Assembly (NCBI GenBank): GCA_016871195.1
Contig: VFZN01000016.1
Coordinates: 1,115 to 65,114 of the forward strand
Direction of reading: 5' to 3'
DNA: 64,000 nucleotides
DNA from: Acidobacteriota bacterium
GTDB taxonomy: Bacteria > Acidobacteriota > Vicinamibacteria > Vicinamibacterales > UBA2999
The notes under the pieces are model-generated. The model was not told where the DNA came from and searched no databases. It saw only the letters and a list, made by a program, of their open reading frames with translations. Below, in pieces: positions 1 through 8,778 of the stretch (positions are counted from its first letter, which is position 1; each line of letters opens with the position of its first letter). A program made the position numbers and the translations under genes.

Positions 1-317
1 ACGGCGCGCAGTTCAACCTCGGCAAGCTCTTGCAGAAGGAAGGCCGGCTGGCCGATGCCACGAGCCGGTTCCGGGCCGCCGTCGACGCACGGCCGGAGTT
101 TGCGGAGGGTTACCTGTACCTCGCCAAGGCTCTGCTCGACGCCGGCAACCTGGCGGGCGCCGAACAGGCGGCGCGCAACGGCCTCGACCGGCGGCCCGAG
201 ACCGGCATTGCACCGCTCGGCCACTACGTACTGGCAGACGTCTACTCGCGGCTGGGCCGTGAGAACGAGGCAGCGCGTCAGGTGGCGCTGGCCCGTCGCC
301 TGGAGCAGCGCCGATGA
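1..317 (+). CDS. TPR-repeat protein, C-terminal fragment (gene begins upstream of window)
   Basis: The frame is open from the window edge to TGA at 315-317. It shows TPR-like helical repeats (AEGYLYLAKALLDAGNLAGAEQAARNGL). The stop overlaps the next start (ATGA at 314-317). Confidence 0.6.
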   Translation, partial: GAQFNLGKLLQKEGRLADATSRFRAAVDARPEFAEGYLYLAKALLDAGNLAGAEQAARNGLDRRPETGIAPLGHYVLADVYSRLGRENEAARQVALARRLEQRR

Positions 318-2446
318 CGGCAGGCGCGCTCAAGGGCGCGGCCGCGGCCCTTGCCCTCGCGGCCCTCGCCGGCTGCGGACGCGAGTCAGCGGCGCCTCCC
401 GTCACGGCCGCCACGGCGCGGCATCTCGTGATTGTCACGCTGGATACCCTGCGCGCCGACCGCCTCGGCGCCTACGGCAGCACCACCGTGCCCACGCCCC
501 ACTTCGACCGGCTGGCCCGCGAAGGGGTGCGCGCCCTCGACGCCACGACCCATGTGCCGATTACGCGGCCATCACACACGACGATGTTCACGGCACGGTA
601 CCCGGCAGAACACGGCGTCCGCGACAACATCTCGCTGCCGCTCGCCGGTGACGTGCCCACACTCGCCGCGTCGCTGAAGGCGGCCGGCTTCACCACCGCG
701 GCATTCGTGTCGAGCTTCGTGCTGGCCTCGTCATCGGGCCTCGATCGCGGCTTCGACCACTACGACGACGACGTCGACGTGGCCGGCGCCAACGGCACAC
801 CCTCGATCGCCCAGGCGCAACGCCGCGGCGACCTCACACTGAGCCGGCTCGAACAGTGGCTCGATGCGCGCTCCGCCGCCGCGCAGGCATCGCGCACAGC
901 CCTCTGGGTGCATCTCTACGATCCGCATGATCCGTACGATCCGCCGGAGCCATTCGCGTCCCAGTACGCGGATCGCCCCTACGACGGCGAGGTCGCGTGG
1001 ACCGATACCCTGCTCGGGCGACTGCGCAGCAGTCTGGAAGCCCGCGGACTGTGGAACGACGCCCTGGTGCTCATCACGGCCGATCACGGCGAGGCACTGG
1101 GCGAGCACGGGGAAACGGGCCACGGCTTCTTTGCCTACGAAACCACGCTGCGCGTGCCGCTCGTGGTGCGCGGCCCGGGTGTTGGGGCTGGTCAGACGCT
1201 GGCGCCCACCTTCCGCCTCGTCGATGTCACGCCCACGGTGCTGGAACTGCTGGGACTGCCGGGTATGGCCGGCGTCACCGGCCGCAGCCTGGCGGCGGCT
1301 CTCACGCAAGGAACGGCGCCGGCACCAGCCACGACCTACGCCGAGTCGCTCACGCCGCTCGTGCATTACCAGTGGAGCGACCTGCGCGTCCTGCGCGATG
1401 GCCCGTGGAAATACATCCTGGCGCCGCGGCCCGAACTCTACGACCTTGGCTCCGACCCCGGCGAGACGCGGGATCTCTCCACCAGTAACACCGCCACGGC
1501 CCGGCGTCTCAGGGCCTCGCTCGAGGGCCTGCTCAAGGCCGAACGGGAGCGCACCATCGACCCCGCCAGCCGGCCCGCGGTGTCGGCCGAGACGTTGCAG
1601 AAGCTCGGCGCGCTCGGGTATGTGAGCCCCGGCGCGCCGAAGGACTCGGTGGCGCAGGGCGCCGATCCGAAGGACAAGATCGCGGAGTTCAGCCTGCTGA
1701 GCGGCCTGATGCGCGAAGGCCTGACGCTGCTGCAGGAAAAGCGGTTTGCCGAGAGCGCGGCGCGCTTCCAGCGCCTGCGCCAGGAAGGCGCCGACTCCTT
1801 CCAGCTCCACTTCTATCTCGGCGAGGCCCTCGCCGGCCTCGGCCGGCAGCGGGAGGCCGAAGCCAGCTTCAGCCGCAGCCTGGCGATCATGCCGGCCTTC
1901 ACCGCCGCGCACGTGAGCCTGGCCAACGCGCGGATCGCGCGCAAGGACCTCCCCGGGGCAATCGCCGCGCTCCAGCAGGGACAGAAGGATGCCCCCAACG
2001 AGCCCCTGCTCTACGACCGCGAAGGACAGGTGTGGCAGACACTCGGGGACGCGACGCGCGCGATGGCGGCGTTCGAACGTGTCGCGGCCCTTGCACCCGC
2101 CGACGCGCTCGTGCGCTGGCGGATGGGCGAGTTGCTGATCACGGCCGGCCAGCCCGACGCCGCGCTCGGCCGCTTCCGCGAGGCGACCACGCTCGATCCG
2201 AGCGTGGCCGACTTCTGGAACTCACTCGGCATGGTGCTTGGCGGCGGCGGGCAGAACGGCGAAGCCGCGCAGGCCTTTCGTGAAGCGGTGAAACGGGACG
2301 CGGCCAACGCCCGCTACACCTACAACCTCGGGCTCGTGCTGCAACGCAGCGGACAGTCGGAGGCGGCCGAGTGGTTCCGCCGCACGCTCACGCTGGATCC
2401 CGCCTTCCGGCCCGCCCGCGACAGGCTGGCCGAGCTCGCCCGATGA
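314..2446 (+). CDS. Sulfatase-like (alkaline-phosphatase superfamily) lipoprotein with C-terminal TPR repeats
   Basis: 710-aa ORF with a lipobox-like signal (ALAALAGCG). Motifs: VTLDTLRADRLGAYG, PITRPSHTTMFTARYP (Thr where FGly-sulfatases carry Cys/Ser) and ITADHGEALGEHGETGHG. The C-terminal third consists of TPR repeats. Confidence 0.75.
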   Translation: MTAGALKGAAAALALAALAGCGRESAAPPVTAATARHLVIVTLDTLRADRLGAYGSTTVPTPHFDRLAREGVRALDATTHVPITRPSHTTMFTARYPAEHGVRDNISLPLAGDVPTLAASLKAAGFTTAAFVSSFVLASSSGLDRGFDHYDDDVDVAGANGTPSIAQAQRRGDLTLSRLEQWLDARSAAAQASRTALWVHLYDPHDPYDPPEPFASQYADRPYDGEVAWTDTLLGRLRSSLEARGLWNDALVLITADHGEALGEHGETGHGFFAYETTLRVPLVVRGPGVGAGQTLAPTFRLVDVTPTVLELLGLPGMAGVTGRSLAAALTQGTAPAPATTYAESLTPLVHYQWSDLRVLRDGPWKYILAPRPELYDLGSDPGETRDLSTSNTATARRLRASLEGLLKAERERTIDPASRPAVSAETLQKLGALGYVSPGAPKDSVAQGADPKDKIAEFSLLSGLMREGLTLLQEKRFAESAARFQRLRQEGADSFQLHFYLGEALAGLGRQREAEASFSRSLAIMPAFTAAHVSLANARIARKDLPGAIAALQQGQKDAPNEPLLYDREGQVWQTLGDATRAMAAFERVAALAPADALVRWRMGELLITAGQPDAALGRFREATTLDPSVADFWNSLGMVLGGGGQNGEAAQAFREAVKRDAANARYTYNLGLVLQRSGQSEAAEWFRRTLTLDPAFRPARDRLAELAR

Positions 2447-4362
2447 CGCGAGCGTTTGCGCTCGTCGTCGTGGTGGCGGCCACCGTCGTCACGTTCCAGT
2501 CAGTAACGGGATTCGGGTTCCTCAACTGGGACGATCACGACGCGCTCGCCAGCAATCAGGCGCTGGCGGCGTCATGGCCCGAGGTGGTGCGCTGGGCGTT
2601 CACGACCACGCACATGGACCACTACCAGCCGCTGTCATGGCTGGCCTTCAGGGCCACCGGCGTGCCGCTGGCGGCGAGCCGCGTGCACGCGCTGGCGCTC
2701 GTCCTGCACGCGCTCAACGCCGGCTTCCTGTTGTGGGTGACGGCCCGGCTGATCCATGCCGAGCGCGACCGCGATCGCTGGTGGCTCGCCGCGGCCACGA
2801 CGCTGCTCTTCGCCGTCCATCCCCTGCGGGTCGAACCCGTGGCCTGGGCCAGCGCACTTCCCTACCTGCTCTCGTACGGGCCGCTCATCGTGGCCGTCGG
2901 CTGCTGGCTGCGGTGGGTACGCGAAGGCGACGAACACCAACGCTGGCTCGCCGTCGGCTTGTATGCCGTGTCGCAGTTGGCGCGCCCGACGGCGCCGCTC
3001 CTCCCGATCGTGTTGGGTGTCGTAGCGCTCGCTGAGCGCCGCGCGCCGCCGCGCCACCCGGCGGAGGTCTGGCGGGCCACGTGGCCGTTTGCCGCGATCG
3101 CGCTGCCCCTGGCCGCGATCGAAGCCTCGGCGCGCCAGGCCGAGACACTCGCCGATATCGGCCTGGCACCGAGACTGGCCTGGACCCTCACGCACCCCGC
3201 GCTCTATCTCTGGCGCTCGATCGCACCGGCTGCCGCGTCTCCGCTCGACGTGCTGCCGCGCGTGGCTGAGGCCAACTGGGGCGTGGCGCTCGTGGCCGCG
3301 ATTGCCGCGGCCGTTGTCGTCACCGCCACCGGCACCCTGTGGTCTCGGCGTGTGTCGGTGGCCGTGTGGGGCAGCTATCTCGCCCTGCTGATGCCGGTCG
3401 TGGGCCTGCTGCCGTCGGGCCTGCAGGTCACGGCCGACCGCTATACCTACGGCCCGGCCCTGGTGCTGTCGATGGGTCTGGCCGCCGCCCTCGCCCCCTC
3501 CGGACCACTCGTGCGGCGCTGGGCGTTCGTGGCCGCCGGCGGCGCGGCCGTGTTCTTCGCCCAGGCGAGTATGCTCCGCGCCGGCGACTGGCGCGATTCG
3601 CTCACGCTGTGGTCAACGGCGGTCAGGTTCGACGCCGGTAACGACGTGGCGCTCTACAACCTCGCGTTGGCGCGAATCGAGGCCGGCCAGCCGGAGGCCG
3701 CCATTCCGGAGTTGGAACGCCTGCTCGTGCTCGTGCCGGATCACGGCCCCGGCCGCGCCCGGCACAATGCGATCGTCGCCGATCGCGAGGAAGCCGCAGG
3801 CAACGCCGCCGCCGGCGAGCGGCGCCTCTTTTCGGCCATAGCGGCCTACTCGCGCGCGCTCGAGTCAGATGCCACACGAGTCCGAGTCCGTCGCAAGCGC
3901 GGCATGGCGCTCATGGAAACCGGACGGCTGGACGAGGCCGCCGCGGATCTCGCCGCGGCCCGGGCGGCCGGGGACCGCGATCCGGCGGTGGCCGGCGCGC
4001 TGGCCTACGCCTGGAGCAGCCAGGGCCAACACGCCGCCGCACTGGTTCTCCTGCGTGAGAGTCTGCGCCTCGCCCCCGGCGATCTCGCGCTCACGGGGAA
4101 TCTGGCGCGGCTGCTCGTCACCGCCGAGCCTGCCACGCTCCGCAACCCCGAGGAGGCACTCGCCCTGGCCGCCCAGTTGAACGATCGCACGGGCGGAGGT
4201 GATGTGCGGGTGCTCGACACACTGGCGCTGGCGCTGGCCGCGACCGGACGCACGCGTGACGCGGCCGAGGCACTCGGCGTCGCCGCCACGCTCGCCCGCG
4301 ACGGCGGTGATGCGGCGCTGGCCGCGGCCTTCGAGCAACGCCGCGCCGCACTGCGGCGCTGA
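2443..4362 (+). CDS. Polytopic membrane protein of the TMTC/PMT-like (GT-C) type with C-terminal TPR domain
   Basis: Start is set at MTRAFALVVVV (ATGA overlap with the upstream stop at 2443-2446). It carries an FLNWDDHDALASNQ motif typical of TMTC-like proteins, about 10 hydrophobic segments and a TPR-rich C-terminus. Confidence 0.65.
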   Translation: MTRAFALVVVVAATVVTFQSVTGFGFLNWDDHDALASNQALAASWPEVVRWAFTTTHMDHYQPLSWLAFRATGVPLAASRVHALALVLHALNAGFLLWVTARLIHAERDRDRWWLAAATTLLFAVHPLRVEPVAWASALPYLLSYGPLIVAVGCWLRWVREGDEHQRWLAVGLYAVSQLARPTAPLLPIVLGVVALAERRAPPRHPAEVWRATWPFAAIALPLAAIEASARQAETLADIGLAPRLAWTLTHPALYLWRSIAPAAASPLDVLPRVAEANWGVALVAAIAAAVVVTATGTLWSRRVSVAVWGSYLALLMPVVGLLPSGLQVTADRYTYGPALVLSMGLAAALAPSGPLVRRWAFVAAGGAAVFFAQASMLRAGDWRDSLTLWSTAVRFDAGNDVALYNLALARIEAGQPEAAIPELERLLVLVPDHGPGRARHNAIVADREEAAGNAAAGERRLFSAIAAYSRALESDATRVRVRRKRGMALMETGRLDEAAADLAAARAAGDRDPAVAGALAYAWSSQGQHAAALVLLRESLRLAPGDLALTGNLARLLVTAEPATLRNPEEALALAAQLNDRTGGGDVRVLDTLALALAATGRTRDAAEALGVAATLARDGGDAALAAAFEQRRAALRR

Positions 4363-4423
4363 GCGCCGGCGCACCGCGACGCCTGGCAGCGTTGGGCCAC
4401 TCGTCAAACGCGCTCGTACGCAC

Positions 4424-4453
4424 GATGGGGCGGCTCACACGAGCCGCCCCATC
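4424..4453. terminator. Perfect 13-bp stem / 4-nt loop hairpin between convergent genes (possible bidirectional terminator)
   Basis: The sequence is GATGGGGCGGCTC-acac-GAGCCGCCCCATC. It lies between the stop at 4362 (+) and the stop at 4506 (-). No clean U-run follows. Confidence 0.45.
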
Positions 4454-4505
4454 GCACAAATACCGTATTGGCCGGGACCCGAGCCCCGGATCCCGAGTCC
4501 CGGTG

Positions 4506-7253
4506 CTAGAAGCGGAACTTCGCGCCGAGCATCAGGCGGCGCGGCAGCACGAACGCCGAGCCGAAACCGAAGTTGGCGCTGGTCGAACGGCGGTCGAGCA
4601 CGCTCTGCGCCGCGTCGTTGTTGAACACGTTCAGCAGGTCACCAAAGACGGCCCCTTCGACCTTGCCGCCAGAGAAGCTGAGCGCCTTCTCGAGCCGCAG
4701 ATCCAGCTGGTTGAGGGGATCGACGCGGCGGTCACCACTGAGCGGCTCATACAGCACACGAGTGGCACCAGGCACGAGGCCCGTGAACCTGATTTCGCGG
4801 CCCCACGGGCGGCCCGACTGGAAGCCGTAGTTGCCGGCGATGGTCGTCCCCCACCCGATCTCGTAGACACCGCTGGCCTTGAAGACGACCGGGCGGTCGC
4901 CGAGCAGCAGGCCGTCAGAGTTGACGTAGTCGTTCGGATTCTGACCGAATGTCCCCGCCGTGCTGTTGGCATTGGTCGTCGCCGAGCTGCGCGCGTTGGT
5001 CGAGCCGAGCCGGCCTTCGCTGCGCGAGAGCGTGACGCCGACCGTCGCCTGCCACCGGTTCGACATGCGCTTGTTCACCTGGAAGTGCACGCCGCGATAG
5101 GTGCTCGACATGTCGCCCGGATTGGTGAGCTGGAAGATACGGCTGGCACCGCCGCTCGTGAGCTGCTGAAGGTCGAACGTCTTGCCTTCGGCCGTGCGCT
5201 GCACTCGCGCGTAGGTGCCGCCGATGTCACGCCACCCCGACTGGTTGTCGCTGTTCTTGTAGACGCCACTCACGGCCACACCGACCCGGCTCGTCAGCTG
5301 ATGTTCGAAGCTGACGATGAACTGGTCGGTGTAGGGGTTCTCGAAGCCCGGGTCGATCCGGAGGTTCGAGTTGTCGCTGACGAGCGTTTGCCCGAGCGGC
5401 ACGCCCGCCGCCGAGTACAAGCCACTGAACTCGAAGCGCGGCGAGACGGACGGCGTGGCGTTGTCGAACTCGCTCGTGACGACGCCGCGGTAGTAGCGCC
5501 CCACACTGCCCTTGAGCAGGGTCCTGCCATCGTCGTTGAGCTTGATCGTGGCGCCCACCCGCGGCGAGATCACGTTCCAGTCGAACAGCTTGTCAACGGC
5601 CTGCGAGCGGCCGATCTTGTTCTCGTTGCGATCGAGCAGGTCGAAGGCATTGAAGTAGCCCTTGTTGTAGTCGTAACGCACGCCGAGGTTCAGCGTCAGA
5701 CGTCCCACCCGGACGGTGTCATCGACGTAGACGCCCAGTCCGCGCATGCGGCCGCCCTGCCAGTAGGGGTTCTGCGTGTAGCCGTAGGCCGGCGTGCTCC
5801 CGTAGGTGTAGATGTAGTCGTTCGGGCCGTTGAGGTTCTCGCCTCCGCCGCTGTTGTATTGCACGCCCACCTTGAAGTCGTGCTGGGCGCCCAGGAAGTT
5901 GTCGGCATATTTGGTGACCTTGCCGGCAAACGCCGTCTTGAAGCTGTTACCCTCATACCAGTAGGAAATGCCGCCGGTGATGTTCCCGGTGTCGAGGTCC
6001 TGGAAGCGCCGGGCAATCTTCGGCCCGCCGTTGAGAGGCAGCGTGTCGGCGGTGCCGTAGAAGCCGGAGTAGCGGGCTTCGAAGACCGTCGTGGGATTGA
6101 GGACGGCGGTGTAGAGCACGCCGGGCGAGGGGTTGTGGCCGCTGTTGAGCGCGATCGAGCTCGGCGCGCTCCGCCCGGTCGCTCGCTCCGGAATCTCATA
6201 GAAGTCGTCGTGCGTCTGCACCTGCAGGCGGTGGTTCTGGTTGATGCTGTAGTTCAGCTTCCAGAAGTAGCGCTTGGCGTTCGACTTGGCCGGGAACTCC
6301 TTGGGCGTGCCGGGCTGGGATTCCCAGTCTTCCTGGTACTGGAACGAGCCGAAGAACCACAGTTTGTCCTGCAGGATGGGGCCACCGAGCTGCGTCGTGG
6401 AATCGCCGAACCGAGCGCGGTTGTAGGGCGACTTATCTGTCTGCGACGCCGGGAAACTCTTGTCGTTGGTATTGATCCCGGTCAGGCCCGAATTCTGGTA
6501 GTAGAAGTTCGTGTCGCCGTGGAACTGGTTGCTGCCCTGGCGCGTGACGATGTTGAAGACCGCGCCCGCCACGTTGCCGTACTCGGCACTGGCGCCGAGC
6601 GACAGCACCTGCACTTCTTCGATGGCGTCGGTGTTGGGCCAGGGCCAGGCAGCGCCGGTGTAGGGCGCGGTGAAGTCGGTGCCGTCGAGCAGGTAGAGAT
6701 TCTCGTTGGCGGCCGAGCCGAAGGCCTGCGACCGCGAACTGGTCTGCGTGGACTGCGACACGCCGGGCGAGGCGTTGATGAGGTCGAAGAACGTGAAGCG
6801 GCGGACCGGGATGTTCTCGACCCACTCGCGCGTGTAGTTGGTCGCCACCTGCGTAGAAGCCGAGTCGACCACGGGTGCTTCCGCCGTGACCGTGATGGTT
6901 TCCTGCTGGGTGCTGACGGACATCTGCACCGGCACCTCCTGCGTGGCCCCGAGCGCGACGGGAATACCCGTCTGCGTCTTGGTCGCGAAGCCGGCGAGCT
7001 CTGCGGTGACTTCATAGGTGCCCGGGGCGAGGTTCGGGAAGCGGTAGACACCCGACTCGTTTGTGACCGCGATTGGCGTGCCCTGCACGGACGCGCCGCG
7101 CAGGGTCACGGTGACGCCCGGCAGGACAGCACCGGATGCGTCGGTGACGACCCCGCGGATGTCACCTGTGGTGCGCTGCGCCGCGGCGTCGGACACGCCG
7201 ACTGCCACGAGACACGCCACCGCCACTGCCACTGCCCACCAGATTCGTCGCAT
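4506..7253 (-). CDS. TonB-dependent outer-membrane receptor with N-terminal carboxypeptidase-regulatory-like domain
   Basis: Signal peptide MRRIWWAVAVAVACLVAVGVSDAAAQ, then TGDIRGVVTDASGAVLPGVTVTLRG (CarboxypepD_reg-like). The body is a long beta-barrel ending in the aromatic terminus GAKFRF. ATG at 7253 is preferred over GTG at 7265 because GGAGG lies 5 nt upstream. Confidence 0.85.
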   Translation of the reverse strand: MRRIWWAVAVAVACLVAVGVSDAAAQRTTGDIRGVVTDASGAVLPGVTVTLRGASVQGTPIAVTNESGVYRFPNLAPGTYEVTAELAGFATKTQTGIPVALGATQEVPVQMSVSTQQETITVTAEAPVVDSASTQVATNYTREWVENIPVRRFTFFDLINASPGVSQSTQTSSRSQAFGSAANENLYLLDGTDFTAPYTGAAWPWPNTDAIEEVQVLSLGASAEYGNVAGAVFNIVTRQGSNQFHGDTNFYYQNSGLTGINTNDKSFPASQTDKSPYNRARFGDSTTQLGGPILQDKLWFFGSFQYQEDWESQPGTPKEFPAKSNAKRYFWKLNYSINQNHRLQVQTHDDFYEIPERATGRSAPSSIALNSGHNPSPGVLYTAVLNPTTVFEARYSGFYGTADTLPLNGGPKIARRFQDLDTGNITGGISYWYEGNSFKTAFAGKVTKYADNFLGAQHDFKVGVQYNSGGGENLNGPNDYIYTYGSTPAYGYTQNPYWQGGRMRGLGVYVDDTVRVGRLTLNLGVRYDYNKGYFNAFDLLDRNENKIGRSQAVDKLFDWNVISPRVGATIKLNDDGRTLLKGSVGRYYRGVVTSEFDNATPSVSPRFEFSGLYSAAGVPLGQTLVSDNSNLRIDPGFENPYTDQFIVSFEHQLTSRVGVAVSGVYKNSDNQSGWRDIGGTYARVQRTAEGKTFDLQQLTSGGASRIFQLTNPGDMSSTYRGVHFQVNKRMSNRWQATVGVTLSRSEGRLGSTNARSSATTNANSTAGTFGQNPNDYVNSDGLLLGDRPVVFKASGVYEIGWGTTIAGNYGFQSGRPWGREIRFTGLVPGATRVLYEPLSGDRRVDPLNQLDLRLEKALSFSGGKVEGAVFGDLLNVFNNDAAQSVLDRRSTSANFGFGSAFVLPRRLMLGAKFRF

Positions 7254-7347
7254 GCTCACCTCCACGGTGGCGCTTCACTGCCGTTGTGACTTCCGGAAAA
7301 CACCGGCACGCCCGGACGCCCCGGGATGGTGCGCCAGTTGCGGCGGG

Positions 7348-7377
7348 ATTATGAGATGCAAGTCACGCTGCTGTCAA
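7348..7377 (-). promoter_or_regulatory. Sigma70-like promoter for the TonB-dependent receptor (TTGACA-18 nt-CATAAT on minus strand)
   Basis: The plus strand reads attatg (7348-7353) and tgtcaa (7372-7377). The -35 element overlaps the permease stop codon. Confidence 0.45.
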
Positions 7378-8741
7378 TGCCGATCTTCCGATGCGTGCCC
7401 CGCCGGCTGCCGGTGGAAGAGCCACAGACCCAGCCCCAGCATGCCGCCGACACCGCCCAGCATCTTGAGTTCGAACACCACGACGTTGCCCACGTCACCC
7501 GTCGGCAGGAACACCGCCGCAATGCCACAGACGGTCACCACCAGCCCGACGGCGGCCGACACACGCACCGGCGCAGACAGATCGCGCAGCTGCAGCACCG
7601 CAAGAAACACGTAGACGAAGGGCACGAGATTGATGACGACCGCAGCACGCAGCAGCACCTGATACGCCTCGGCCACCGTGGAGCCGGCCAGCGAGATGAC
7701 CGTCAACACCGCCGACACCACGGCACACACCAGCAGTGCCACATAGGGCGAACCCCAGCGCGGATGCTGGCGGCCCAGCACCTCGGGCAAGGCGTGATCG
7801 AGACCGGCGACGAAGGGAATGCGGGCCGGGCCGGCAAACCATGCCGAGGCTGATCCGGCGACGGCGATCGCCATCAGCACCGCCACTGGCGCCACGACCC
7901 AGGGCAGGCCGGCCAGCGTCGCACCCTGTTCGATGGCCTGCATCACTCCCTGCAGGCTGCCCATCTCGCCGGAGGGCACCATGACCAGCAAGGCATCGGC
8001 CACCAGCAGATATGCCACCAGCGCCGTGAGTCCCGTCAGCGCCACGGCTCTCGGCACATCGCGTGCGGGATGCCTGATCTCATCGGCCATCGTGCTGGCC
8101 AACTCGATCCCGATAAAGGCGAAGCACATCACCCCCAGGGCCCCCAGCATGTCGGTCGGGGTGCCCGTCGCCGTCGGCACCTCGACCGCCACACCCCGGC
8201 GTCGTGCCTCGGCGGCCACGGCCGCCACCACCAGCACGGTCGCCAGACCGCCGATGCCTCCGATGTTGTTGAGCCACTTGCCCACCGACAGGCCGCGGAT
8301 GTTGGCGACGGTGATGCAGGCCAGCCACGTCATCGACACGCCACCGATGAACACACGGCTGTCGATCAGGGCCCGCATGGCGGGACCGCCGGCGTAGGTC
8401 AGCACACCGGCCACATAGACAAGCAGCACCGGCACGTAGAGCAGGCTGTTGGTCCAGTAGCACCATCCGGCGATGAATCCCTGCCTCGCCCCGAAGTGGG
8501 CGCGGCACCAGCGATAGACGCCGCCCTCCCCGGGATAGCGCCGCGACAGTACGAGCACCGCGATCGCTTCGGGAACAAAGAAGGCCAGCCACGCCAGCAG
8601 CCACAGGCCGAGTGTCGCCCGGCCGAACCCGCTGACCGGGGGCACGACGTTGACATTGACGATGGCCACCGTGCCGAGCAGCACCAGATCCGTCAGGCCG
8701 AGCGTGCGCCGGGGGCCCCCGACGCCGTCAGGTGCACTCAT
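7374..8741 (-). CDS. APC-superfamily amino acid/polyamine permease
   Basis: Start is set at MSAPDGVGGPRRTLGLTDLVLLG. The protein has about 12 hydrophobic helices and an N-terminal region typical of APC carriers (GFGRATLGLWLLAWLAFFVPEAIAVLVLSRRYPGEGGVYRW). Confidence 0.8.
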   Translation of the reverse strand: MSAPDGVGGPRRTLGLTDLVLLGTVAIVNVNVVPPVSGFGRATLGLWLLAWLAFFVPEAIAVLVLSRRYPGEGGVYRWCRAHFGARQGFIAGWCYWTNSLLYVPVLLVYVAGVLTYAGGPAMRALIDSRVFIGGVSMTWLACITVANIRGLSVGKWLNNIGGIGGLATVLVVAAVAAEARRRGVAVEVPTATGTPTDMLGALGVMCFAFIGIELASTMADEIRHPARDVPRAVALTGLTALVAYLLVADALLVMVPSGEMGSLQGVMQAIEQGATLAGLPWVVAPVAVLMAIAVAGSASAWFAGPARIPFVAGLDHALPEVLGRQHPRWGSPYVALLVCAVVSAVLTVISLAGSTVAEAYQVLLRAAVVINLVPFVYVFLAVLQLRDLSAPVRVSAAVGLVVTVCGIAAVFLPTGDVGNVVVFELKMLGGVGGMLGLGLWLFHRQPAGHASEDRH

Positions 8742-8778
8742 GCCGCACGTTCCCCGTCGACCGCGAGGCGCCGCCGCG

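Noticed and set aside
4392-7289. 965-aa ORF on the plus strand
   Set aside because: It is exactly antisense to a well-supported TonB-dependent receptor gene. The translation is Arg/Ala/Val/Gly-rich and low-complexity with no motifs. This is a typical stop-codon-poor shadow ORF of GC-rich DNA.
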